Virus record (IMG/VR): IMGVR_UViG_3300028175_000001 | DNA from: a virus | Taxonomy: Duplodnaviria > Caudoviricetes | DNA length: 64,000 nt | Direction: 5' to 3' (one strand) | In this document: one piece after another, positions 29,792 to 38,700 of the stretch | Layout: each line of letters starts with the position of its first letter | Position numbering within the stretch: position 1 is the stretch's first letter | Program-made: the position numbers and the translations under genes | The notes under the pieces: model-generated | What the model was told of the DNA's origin: nothing | What the model saw: the letters and a program-made list of their open reading frames with translations, nothing else | The model's database searches: none

Positions 29792-31815
29792 GATTGAAAC
29801 ACCTTGTCTATTTCTGCATCAAATCCAACAAATTCACTCATATTTGTTGCCACGCCACTCGGACCAGACGGGGTTGGAAAAGTCATATTTTGTAATGCTG
29901 TTGATAATTTTTTTAATAAAGTATGAATATCAGATCCCATTCCTTTTATAGAAATAAGTCCTGAGCTATCCATTTTAATATTAGCTACTTTATTTTTAAT
30001 TTCTATATCTGTACTAGCATCAACAGAAAATTTTGTTCCTGCTTTTAGTTCAATTTTTCCTAGAGTGGCATTTACAGAAATATCACCTAACGTAGTACTA
30101 ACCGCCATTCCATTTCCATTTAATTTTAAAGATGATGATATTCCTCCAGGTCCACTATTTAATATAACACCCCCCACACCGCTTGTTGGATTTTGAGATT
30201 CAATAATAATCGATTTACCTACACATACTTTCTTCATACCTGGACCAAATATACCCTTTACGATTTCATTTGAACTTCCTTCTATTGTCATTTCATGATC
30301 CATCGCTATATTCGTTTTAGAACTTCCTGAAATAGCCTGTTCATGACCCTTGGCAGTTAATTTAAAATCTCCAAATTCTTGTATCATGCTTTCACCAACC
30401 AGAGTAGTTGGCGCTGACTTATCACCAGCCAATGTTCCCATTTGCTGTAATTGAAAGTTAGATTGTCCTTTAGCTGTTCCTATGATTGTAAGATTTCGTG
30501 CTTTAATAGTCATTTCACCGTCTTTTAAATCAATATTATAATTTCCTTTAGTGACTTCCATGTTTACATCACCATCACCATCGAACAGTAAATGATTGCT
30601 TCCACCACTTCTAGAATTATAAACATGATTCATTGATCCTTCAACATGTTTTATTTCATCTCCATAAACATGTGAATGAACATCTGAATCACAAAGAAAA
30701 TACGATTTACCAACAGTATTATCGACTCTAGAACCGTCGGGTAAAAATTCAAGAAAACTTTGAGTCCTATGTAATATTCTAACTCTCTCGCCACCCGGAG
30801 AATCGTCTAATTCAAATAAATGGCCACTTTCAGTATATGTAACATGATTATATGGATATTCAGGATTAAACCTGCTTGAAGGTAAAGACCAAGGAGCCCC
30901 GATAGCTTTTCTAATACCCGTATGCAAACTTATTTGAGTCGCACTTAAACTTCCTGCTATTCTATGAACAGCCATTTCAATTTGAGATTGAGGATGTGAA
31001 GTAGAAACCGGATCCCAGAGTTGTTGATCATACTGTTCAACAAACTTTTCTCTATTTAATCCTAATAAATTTGTTGAAGGCAACGACATAGCGGGAATAC
31101 CATTCCTATCAAATATTATTCTATTTTCATCAGGATTCCTAGAAAAAATCTGAGAAGTCAACAATGGAGGGTTGTTTTTTTTATCAGGTAAACTAGCAAT
31201 GGATCCGGGAGATCCAGCACCTGAACGTTTAAAAATATTTGCTTGAATTTTCGACTCATCTTCATTTTTTCCGAACCAAATCCTTCCACCTTTCATTGGT
31301 GTTTCCCCTACGAAATCATAATGTTCTTCTTGAGCGAAACCCTGACTATGTTCTATAACTTTTGCTGAAATTCCTGAAACAAATCTATCGATATAAAGAG
31401 GTGGATAGGGGGCATTACGCCTTTCCCAAATGGTTCTAGAATCATTAAACCCTCTATCAGGATTTGCAATATTTTCAGGAATTCCACCAGATGTCCCTAA
31501 AACAACTGGTTCTTGGGCGGCTCGACCATCTCTAAAAAAACCAAATACGTGAGTACCTTCTACTAATCCAGTAGGAGTAGTACCAATTCCAGATATTGCC
31601 GCTGATGTTATTGGCTGAATAATATCTGCCCAAGGTAAATCGCCTGTAGGTATTAATGTTTTATCATCTGTATGAAATCCAATACACCTTACTTTAACTC
31701 TACCAAGAAAAAGAGGATCTTTTCTATTTTCAACAACACCATAAAACCAGACAAACCCATCTGTTCCCATAAAATCTTTTATGTCATTATCGTTTAAAAA
31801 AGTTGAACTATTCAT
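29788..31815 (-). CDS. gp5: Baseplate central spike protein with no recognisable lysozyme domain
   Basis: OB-fold FVWFYGVVENRKDPLFLGRVKVRCIGFH; PEYPYNHVTYTESGHLFELDDSPGGER; beta-helix-like C-terminal half. Confidence 0.9.
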   Translation of the reverse strand: MNSSTFLNDNDIKDFMGTDGFVWFYGVVENRKDPLFLGRVKVRCIGFHTDDKTLIPTGDLPWADIIQPITSAAISGIGTTPTGLVEGTHVFGFFRDGRAAQEPVVLGTSGGIPENIANPDRGFNDSRTIWERRNAPYPPLYIDRFVSGISAKVIEHSQGFAQEEHYDFVGETPMKGGRIWFGKNEDESKIQANIFKRSGAGSPGSIASLPDKKNNPPLLTSQIFSRNPDENRIIFDRNGIPAMSLPSTNLLGLNREKFVEQYDQQLWDPVSTSHPQSQIEMAVHRIAGSLSATQISLHTGIRKAIGAPWSLPSSRFNPEYPYNHVTYTESGHLFELDDSPGGERVRILHRTQSFLEFLPDGSRVDNTVGKSYFLCDSDVHSHVYGDEIKHVEGSMNHVYNSRSGGSNHLLFDGDGDVNMEVTKGNYNIDLKDGEMTIKARNLTIIGTAKGQSNFQLQQMGTLAGDKSAPTTLVGESMIQEFGDFKLTAKGHEQAISGSSKTNIAMDHEMTIEGSSNEIVKGIFGPGMKKVCVGKSIIIESQNPTSGVGGVILNSGPGGISSSLKLNGNGMAVSTTLGDISVNATLGKIELKAGTKFSVDASTDIEIKNKVANIKMDSSGLISIKGMGSDIHTLLKKLSTALQNMTFPTPSGPSGVATNMSEFVGFDAEIDKVFQS

Positions 31816-33551
31816 GCGACACCTCCAACGTCGATGCCTAAATCTATTCCATCCATGATAAATTGATCATCTTCTGTGATATTCAATTCCCGAGAAATCG
31901 TACCTCTTTCAAAAGAGGTGCCTCGTGTATTGTCAAGTTTAGAAAACAATGTATCTTTTGCTAATTCCATTGTTGTCAAATAACTGTTACCGTGTATTAT
32001 CGAATGTTGAATTTTCGTTATTAAATATAATCCCGCATAAAAAGAATGTTGTTCGTCTGGATAATAATTTGAAGGATATTTTAATTCTATTATTTCACCT
32101 ATAACTCTATTGTGATCACCGGGCACTGTTATTTGCGTTATTATATTACTCAGTTGCCTTGTTTGAGCATAACTTTGTAACAACCACCTCTCAACTTGTT
32201 TATCCACTGAAATAGCGCCAATATCATTATTCGTCATAATATTCTGTAATAGTTTTGTGATCATTTTTTCGTTATGTTGAAAATTCGTTGATGCATACTT
32301 ATAAAAAGTTTCAGATGTATCCATCCCATAATGCTCATCATTTGTTAATGGATATTTTTCTCCCGTTCTTCCGACATGCCTAAAATCATCGAACTGTTTC
32401 CGATAATCATACTCATAATAACTTACTTGATGATTTGCTTTATATAACTTATTAGTTAATCTTTTATCAAAACCGCTTGACGGAATAAATGGTGTAGCAG
32501 ACGATTGATTTATAGAACCAATTCGGTGAGTCGTTGGATCATAAGTCAACAATCTTCCAGAATACATTCCTTCAATTAAATTATTTAAAACATTAAAAGT
32601 AGATTGTATTTTATATTTTACTACTGTAAGTTCTTTTTGAAGAGGAGTAATTGATAAGGCCTCTACTGGTCTTATTACGTAAGATGACATTGGTACATCA
32701 ACTGATGTCGCTTGTGCTGGTTTTGAAACTCTTACAGCATTTTCTGTTCCAATGCCATCTCTACGCAATGTTTTTTGATCATCATAATCTAGACCAGTTT
32801 CGTCTAATAATGAATCATCAACTTCAGCCGATGACTGGGTAATTAAAGGATGCAATAAATCAGATAATGATTTAAAATAAAATCCAAATTTATTCTCATA
32901 AAATACAAATTTTCCAAAATTTGCACTTTTTTTCCCCTGTTGATTCATTTCGACGTTTGAAGCAACCGATTTTTTAGTAACCATATCTATTGCTTGAAAA
33001 GGTCTTATTGTAGGAAATACAAAATGCATTCCATAAAAAGTTCCATCGGTATCTCCTTTCCGATCAAAAGTTAAATCTTTTTTATGACTAATAAAAGAAT
33101 CTGAACTTATATAATTATCATATACATCTTCAATAATAGTAGAAGCCAAAACAGATTTATAGGATTTTGACACTCTATTTCTCAAATTAGCAATAAACTC
33201 GTCTGAACAAAAATCCAATACATAAAATCTTGTAGGACCGTCTTCTATAGTAGCAGATCTTTTAACAATTGTATATTCAGCATCCCAATCTGGTCCATCC
33301 AATAATTTATTTTTTAACAATATACGTATTTTTTCTTGTCCAATAATAGGAATTCTTTCGTCTAATCCAGCCACATCAAATATTTTTACATCACCGGTTA
33401 TAACATTACTTTCAAATAAAGATTCATTTATTGTAAATCCAGCAATCGCTGAATTATTTTCAGAATCGATTGTGTATGATGCCCCCTTATAATTTATGAA
33501 AGTTATTTTCCAGACCGAATCAGTACTAAAATGAGAATCTACATGTGACAT
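31812..33551 (-). CDS. Baseplate hub protein, gp27-like
   Basis: INESLFESNVITGDVKIFD...LPIIGQE-like segment, FVFYENKFGFYFKSL, ITVPGD...IGEII...GLYLITKIQH; lies between gp53 and gp5. Confidence 0.7.
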   Translation of the reverse strand: MSHVDSHFSTDSVWKITFINYKGASYTIDSENNSAIAGFTINESLFESNVITGDVKIFDVAGLDERIPIIGQEKIRILLKNKLLDGPDWDAEYTIVKRSATIEDGPTRFYVLDFCSDEFIANLRNRVSKSYKSVLASTIIEDVYDNYISSDSFISHKKDLTFDRKGDTDGTFYGMHFVFPTIRPFQAIDMVTKKSVASNVEMNQQGKKSANFGKFVFYENKFGFYFKSLSDLLHPLITQSSAEVDDSLLDETGLDYDDQKTLRRDGIGTENAVRVSKPAQATSVDVPMSSYVIRPVEALSITPLQKELTVVKYKIQSTFNVLNNLIEGMYSGRLLTYDPTTHRIGSINQSSATPFIPSSGFDKRLTNKLYKANHQVSYYEYDYRKQFDDFRHVGRTGEKYPLTNDEHYGMDTSETFYKYASTNFQHNEKMITKLLQNIMTNNDIGAISVDKQVERWLLQSYAQTRQLSNIITQITVPGDHNRVIGEIIELKYPSNYYPDEQHSFYAGLYLITKIQHSIIHGNSYLTTMELAKDTLFSKLDNTRGTSFERGTISRELNITEDDQFIMDGIDLGIDVGGVA

Positions 33552-33563
33552 ATTATATCTTAC

Positions 33564-34142
33564 CTAATTAAAATAAAGGGTTCTTAACTCACTCATAATT
33601 TGCGCAGAATAAGTATTTTCTATTAAAATAATTTCTTTTTTTTCATTATTTTTCATTAATTCATAATCATAATTATATATTATTTTTCTTTCTGAATCAT
33701 CAAGATCATTATATGTTTCTTTATTAATGATTGCAACTTTTTCCAGAATTTTGCCAGTATCCACAGTCGCTTTAGATTCTGTTCTTAATATTTTTTCATA
33801 ATGATGTATACCCGTTCTTGCAGAATCAAGTGAACCATATTTTTCTTCGATAAACAGCGTTAATTCATTTCCAAATAAGGGCCAATCATATAAAGGATCT
33901 AGAATATGATTTGCTAAAAATATTAAATACGTATAATCAGAAGATCCATAATATCGATGAGCTATAATATCAGGCCTTTCGAATTCCTTTATTCTATAAG
34001 GATAATATGAAGAAATATTTTTTAAAATTTTATTATTTATATCTACTCTGGACAACAAATTTGTTGCAAGCGTGGCCCTAATCGGAGTAACTTTATCTAT
34101 ATTATAATAAAATGTTTTATAATTTCTAAAAAATTCTGACAT
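33564..34142 (-). CDS. gp53: Baseplate wedge subunit
   Basis: YRIKEFERPDIIAHRYYGSSDYTYLIFLANHILDPLYDWPL...GIHHYE. Confidence 0.9.
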   Translation of the reverse strand: MSEFFRNYKTFYYNIDKVTPIRATLATNLLSRVDINNKILKNISSYYPYRIKEFERPDIIAHRYYGSSDYTYLIFLANHILDPLYDWPLFGNELTLFIEEKYGSLDSARTGIHHYEKILRTESKATVDTGKILEKVAIINKETYNDLDDSERKIIYNYDYELMKNNEKKEIILIENTYSAQIMSELRTLYFN

Positions 34143-35239
34143 TAATAGTCCTCCGCATGTGATCTATCTAGAGTAAAGTTTTCTTTGAATTGAAGCTGTA
34201 AATTTATTGATGTCGGTAAACCATTTTCTTCAAAAAATTTAGGTGCATATTTCGCTTTAAGTGATGTTAAAAAAGAATTTCCTATACGATGTAAATATGT
34301 ATTTTTTTCTAAATTACTATAAAATTGAATCCTATATGTATTAGGAAAAGAAAAGAAAGCAGAATTCATTTTGTTTGAAATTTTTAACGTTGTTTTCTTT
34401 TTAGACACTCCCGGATGATGGTCCAATCCTATTGGATCATATGACACTATTTCTTGTTCGGGCTCGACAACATTGGACCCATCTAAACTTAACTGATTTA
34501 ATCCAGGTAACATACCGACTTTTAAATTGGTTATAATTTTCATAAGGGCTTCGGATTCGCTCGCAGATTTAGGATTAAAGTCAAAAGTGAAAGAATGTTG
34601 ACGTAATTTTTTTACTCCTGTAAATATAAGAGATGTATATGGATTTCTCGACTCTCTCATAGACATGGAGGCCACTTGTTCTCCTTTTGCGTGTGAAGGA
34701 GCTAATGCACCAAGAGCAGATGTAATATTAAATTTAATATTATTTGCAAAATCTCCTCTAACACCTTTACTATTATATGGTGAAGCTTGTTGCATAACAT
34801 CTTTACCCATTCTTCCATAAAACTCCATTGATTTTTGTATAAAACCGCTACCAGATCCACTTGAAAAAGTCTCAAAATTTTCTTTTAAGTCTTTTGTTAT
34901 TTGATGAGCATTTTGAGACAATATATCTCCAAAAATACCTAAATCCACATCGGAATAATCTGCGGAATAGTGTGTTTTTAATGAACCAACTGGCAAATGT
35001 AAAACAAAACTTTTACCTCGTATATAATAATCACTTGCCTCATTACCGGAAGTAATTTGTTCAAAATTCATCTGAGCATTAAATGCATCTTTATTTTTAA
35101 TGGGTGGTTTAAATATCAATTCTGATATTACCATAAAATGTTGCAATCCTTTAGTTGTAGCAATACCTTTAGGATATTCGAATCTATTTTCGCCCAATAA
35201 ACTAGTTAAATTGCCGCTGGGATTTTTTGTTATAGCCAT
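34142..35239 (-). CDS. gp48: Baseplate tail-tube cap, paralog B
   Basis: FEYPK, LHLPVGSLKTHYSADYSD, NPYTSLIFTGVKKLRQHSFTFDFNPKSASES, LQLQFKE. Confidence 0.75.
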   Translation of the reverse strand: MAITKNPSGNLTSLLGENRFEYPKGIATTKGLQHFMVISELIFKPPIKNKDAFNAQMNFEQITSGNEASDYYIRGKSFVLHLPVGSLKTHYSADYSDVDLGIFGDILSQNAHQITKDLKENFETFSSGSGSGFIQKSMEFYGRMGKDVMQQASPYNSKGVRGDFANNIKFNITSALGALAPSHAKGEQVASMSMRESRNPYTSLIFTGVKKLRQHSFTFDFNPKSASESEALMKIITNLKVGMLPGLNQLSLDGSNVVEPEQEIVSYDPIGLDHHPGVSKKKTTLKISNKMNSAFFSFPNTYRIQFYSNLEKNTYLHRIGNSFLTSLKAKYAPKFFEENGLPTSINLQLQFKENFTLDRSHAEDY

Positions 35240-35253
35240 TTATCTTTCGCTCT

Positions 35254-36144
35254 TTAATAAGTTTTCCAAGTCAATTTATACATATCACCATAATCCTCAA
35301 TACATCTTTCTCTAGTATAAATTTCAGTTTCTTTAATTGTCACATTTAATGTAGCTGTTAGTGGCGCATTTGTTTCTTTAAAAAAAATAGGATTTTGTGT
35401 TCCTGCAGAATATTCAACTGTAAAATCTTGTATAACCGCGTTCTTAATTGTTACTAGTTTATTCTTATTTTCTTTACTATAATCGTTAGTAGTAGGAAAA
35501 AACGTAATATTAACTTTATCTGGCATTGTTAAAATTCCTGTACTTTGAGAAGACACTTCATCGTCTCGTCTTGTTGTTACTTTTTCAGGTAACATTGCGT
35601 GTTTAAAAGTTTCAATAATTTGTTTTATGGTATTACTTTCATTAGAATTTTTAGGCATTAGCACAAACGAAAAAGAAAAATCTCTAAATCCCACACTATT
35701 AAATACGCTTGTAACATATGGATTTTGTATCGTATTTAACCCCTTTGCTACTCCCGCTTTTAAACCAGGAGTTCCGCTTAACACTACATCTGAAGCTATT
35801 CTGGCAAAAGAGCTTGGGTTAAATGAAGATATTCCTGTTTTTGCAATATTCGATAATCTATCTATGTTTATATTTCCAGCCGCCGCTCCTACTGCAATTG
35901 CACCAGCAACATCAAATTCGGCATTATCATAGGTTACATTAATAGCATCATTTATTTCCGGAAAAGGTAGCACTACACAAGAAGCTATTTTTGAAGCTCC
36001 GTGTTCAATAGTGGCAAATTCAAACATGCAAAATTTCTTTGATTCTGGATCTTTCACAGAAGATCCGAGATTTCTTGGAAATCTGTGAACAGGAATACCT
36101 GTTTTCGCATTAATTAATTGGTTTAACTTAGTGTCTGTGGTCAT
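35254..36144 (-). CDS. gp48: Baseplate tail-tube cap, paralog A
   Basis: NPYVTSVFNSVGFRDFSFSFVLMPKNSNES...FKHAMLP, LNVTIKETEI. Confidence 0.8.
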   Translation of the reverse strand: MTTDTKLNQLINAKTGIPVHRFPRNLGSSVKDPESKKFCMFEFATIEHGASKIASCVVLPFPEINDAINVTYDNAEFDVAGAIAVGAAAGNINIDRLSNIAKTGISSFNPSSFARIASDVVLSGTPGLKAGVAKGLNTIQNPYVTSVFNSVGFRDFSFSFVLMPKNSNESNTIKQIIETFKHAMLPEKVTTRRDDEVSSQSTGILTMPDKVNITFFPTTNDYSKENKNKLVTIKNAVIQDFTVEYSAGTQNPIFFKETNAPLTATLNVTIKETEIYTRERCIEDYGDMYKLTWKTY

Positions 36145-36156
36145 TATTCTCCTTAT

Positions 36157-36173
36157 TATACATAATATTTAGC
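36157..36173. promoter_or_regulatory. Divergent late-promoter-like motifs between gp48 and gp4
   Basis: GCTAAATA on - (36173-36166) upstream of gp48A, which has an AAGGAG SD; TATACATA on + (36157-36164) upstream of gp4. Confidence 0.45.
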
Positions 36174-36605
36174 ATGAGTTACAAAGGGAAATATAAAATA
36201 AAGAATCTAAAAAAGTATAGGGGAGATCCTACTAAAATAACTTATCGTTCTTTATGGGAAAAAAAATTCATGAATTATTGTGAAGAAAATCCTATGATTA
36301 TTGAATGGTCGAGTGAAGAAATAGTTGTTCGCTATAGGTCTCCTATTGACAAAAAAATACATAGATATTTCCCTGATTTTTGGATTAAGGTAAAAAGAAA
36401 AACTGGTTTAACAGAAAACATTATTATAGAAGTCAAGCCCAAAAAACAAACATCTCCTCCCAAGAAACCCAAAAGAGTTACTAAGAGATATTTATCCGAA
36501 GTATACACCTTTGGTGTTAATGAGGCAAAATGGAATGCGGCTATAGAGTTCTGTAAGATCAGAAAATGGCGATTTGAAATCATTACGGAAGATCATCTTT
36601 TTTAA
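36174..36605 (+). CDS. gp4: Head completion nuclease (TnsA-like)
   Basis: KYRGDPTKITYRSLWE, WSSEEIVVRYRSPID...HRYFPDF, IIEVKP, NEAKW...ITED. Confidence 0.92.
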   Translation: MSYKGKYKIKNLKKYRGDPTKITYRSLWEKKFMNYCEENPMIIEWSSEEIVVRYRSPIDKKIHRYFPDFWIKVKRKTGLTENIIIEVKPKKQTSPPKKPKRVTKRYLSEVYTFGVNEAKWNAAIEFCKIRKWRFEIITEDHLF

Positions 36606-36612
36606 CTAAATA
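36605..36612 (+). promoter_or_regulatory. Late promoter variant ACTAAATA
   Basis: 5 nt before the gp2 ATG at 36618. Confidence 0.65.
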
Positions 36613-36617
36613 TAACT

Positions 36618-37202
36618 ATGGCTCAACAAAATCAAACATTTTTAGATAGATTAAAAAACGCATTGAGAAGGAATGAAGGACAACCAAAAACACGTAACGC
36701 ATCACAATGGTTTCGTAGAAAAGTTGGTGCCCTAAGATCAGAATTGCGAAGTAGATTTAGTGAAGTTGATACAGCAGACGAATTTTATAAAACTGCTAAA
36801 AAATCAGGCACGGGAACAATATTGCCTGGAGCAATGGCGTCCTATTTTTATGATCCAAAGACTAAAGAAAAAATGAAATACTATGATAGATTTCCTTTAG
36901 TCATGTGCGTAAAAATGTATGGTAATGGATTTCTTGGTTTAAATTTTCATTATTTACCCCCATTACTTAGAGCAAAACTGATGGATGCTATTGATCAAAC
37001 TAAAAGCGTAAATTATGAAGCCCTTTCAAAAATTAAAGTGCTTAAACCAACAGTAAAAAGATATTTATATAAACATATTACATCTAGAGTAGTAATTATA
37101 GACGAAGACGAAAAAGAAATTGCATTATTTTTACCAACAGAAAGATTTAAAAAAGAAAACAAACTTGTTGTTTGGGGAGACAGTAGGAGAATGATTAAAT
37201 GA
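36618..37202 (+). CDS. gp2: DNA end protector protein
   Basis: YFYDPKTKEKMKYYDRFPLV, GFLGLNFHYLPPLLRAKL, VKRYL, ALFLPTERF. Confidence 0.92.
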   Translation: MAQQNQTFLDRLKNALRRNEGQPKTRNASQWFRRKVGALRSELRSRFSEVDTADEFYKTAKKSGTGTILPGAMASYFYDPKTKEKMKYYDRFPLVMCVKMYGNGFLGLNFHYLPPLLRAKLMDAIDQTKSVNYEALSKIKVLKPTVKRYLYKHITSRVVIIDEDEKEIALFLPTERFKKENKLVVWGDSRRMIK

Positions 37203-37756
37203 CTTTAAGCATAGACAAATTTAGAAATACCCTAAATGTCAAGGGCGGTCCTGCGCCAATAAATAGATATGAAGTTTATATTCCGAGAGGTGAAATGAGC
37301 GATTTAACATTTCGTTGCGAACAGGCAGAACTTCCTGGTAAATCCATACTCACAGTTGAAGATAAATTATATGGACCTGTAAGAAAAATTGGGTATGGTC
37401 AAATGTTTATTGATACTACAATGACATTTATTTGTACTGCAGAAGGATGGGAAGAAAAATCATTTTTTGATGATTGGCAAAATCAAATAGTTGATCCTGA
37501 TACGCATGACGCTTCATACTATGAAGATTATACGTCTGATATTTGGCTAAGAACATTTACAGAAGAAAATAAACCATCGTATGGAATAAAATTTGAAGAA
37601 GCATATCCTTTAAATGTGGGAGCGGTAAATATAGGATGGGCGCAAAATAACGAATACGCAAGACTTAGTGTCACGTTCGCATATCGAAAATGGAGCCAAT
37701 TACCAAAACTAGTTCCCTTAGTTCCCTTAGACGTAAATAAAAATAGTTTAACTTAA
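37199..37756 (+). CDS. gp54: Tail-tube initiator / tube-like protein (gp54/gp19 family)
   Basis: RCEQAELPGKSI, FFDDWQNQI, FEEAYPLNVGAVNIGW, LSVTFAYRKW; adjacent to gp26. Confidence 0.65.
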   Translation: MTLSIDKFRNTLNVKGGPAPINRYEVYIPRGEMSDLTFRCEQAELPGKSILTVEDKLYGPVRKIGYGQMFIDTTMTFICTAEGWEEKSFFDDWQNQIVDPDTHDASYYEDYTSDIWLRTFTEENKPSYGIKFEEAYPLNVGAVNIGWAQNNEYARLSVTFAYRKWSQLPKLVPLVPLDVNKNSLT

Positions 37757-37769
37757 GACTGGAGATATA

Positions 37770-38516
37770 ATGAGTTTACCCGTAATTGATGCACCAACGT
37801 TTGAAATGAACCTGTTATCAATAAAAGACACAATAACATATAGACCATTTTTAGTCAAAGAAGAAAAACTTTTATTAATGGCTATGGAAGCAGGAGACCA
37901 GCAAGAAATAATAAAAACTTCAAAACAAATAATTAATAATTGCATTTTATCTGAAAATGTTAATGCTGATAAATTACCATTATTTGATTTACAAATGGCA
38001 TTGTTGAAAATAAGATCAAAATCTGTTGGCGAAGAAATTGAAATAGTGATGAAGCATTTAGATGGAAAAAATAGTAACGAAGAGGAATGTAATGGTTCTA
38101 GTAAAATAAAAATAAATCTTTCTAATTTAAAACTTACTGTACATGATGATCATTCTAAATACGTTAAATTAACAGACACAATTTCAATTGAAATGAAATA
38201 TCCCACCATGTCTGTTTATAATCGTATGTCAGCAATGGATGATGTAGAAAATGCTTCAACTATAAATGAATTATTTAATATTATCATTGATTGTATTGAT
38301 AACATATATTCTGGTGATGAAATTTTTAGTGCAAGCGATCACACAACAGAAGAAATGAACGATTTTATTAATAGCTTAACAAGTGATCAATTTGACAAAC
38401 TTAAAACATTTTTCAATACAATGCCCGTTCTAGTATATGATATTCAATTCACTTGTCCTAAATGCAACTGTTTAGAAAAACAAACTTTAAACGGAGTTGC
38501 CGATTTTTTTTTATAA
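37770..38516 (+). CDS. gp26: Baseplate hub assembly chaperone
   Basis: MSLPVIDAPTFE, YRPFLVKEEKLLL, IRSKSVGE, CPKC...LNGVADFF. Confidence 0.9.
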   Translation: MSLPVIDAPTFEMNLLSIKDTITYRPFLVKEEKLLLMAMEAGDQQEIIKTSKQIINNCILSENVNADKLPLFDLQMALLKIRSKSVGEEIEIVMKHLDGKNSNEEECNGSSKIKINLSNLKLTVHDDHSKYVKLTDTISIEMKYPTMSVYNRMSAMDDVENASTINELFNIIIDCIDNIYSGDEIFSASDHTTEEMNDFINSLTSDQFDKLKTFFNTMPVLVYDIQFTCPKCNCLEKQTLNGVADFFL

Positions 38517-38698
38517 TATGCAGTCATAATAATTTAACAAACTATTATCAATTAACATTTCAGTTAATGCAACATCATAAATACAGCTTAACCGAAATAG
38601 AAAATTTAATACCATTTGAAAGAGACATTTACGTAGAAATGTTAATATTTCATATGGAAGAAGAAAATAAAAAAAATGAAAACCAACAACAAAGGTAA
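38504..38698 (+). CDS. gp51: gp51-like C-terminal module with no plausible own start, probably reached by a -1 frameshift from gp26
   Basis: HNNLTNYYQLTFQLMQHHKYSLTEIENLIPFERDIYV; no ATG at the conserved start; T9 slippery run at 38504-38512. Confidence 0.75.
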   Translation, partial: FFFIICSHNNLTNYYQLTFQLMQHHKYSLTEIENLIPFERDIYVEMLIFHMEEENKKNENQQQR

Positions 38699-38700
38699 TA

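Noticed and set aside
561-33000. Many 60-130 aa opposite-strand or alternate-frame ORFs within structural genes
   Set aside because: Fully nested in well-supported CDSs with no recognisable protein features.
36174-36605. TnsA-like nuclease as a transposon or homing endonuclease
   Set aside because: Motifs and synteny with gp2 identify it as core head-completion gp4; no terminal repeats or transposase partners.
38462-38503. ATG at 38462 as the gp51 start (78-aa track ORF)
   Set aside because: It lies inside gp26, has no SD, and adds a non-conserved N-terminus (MQLFRKTNFKRSCR); the frameshift explains the ORF better.
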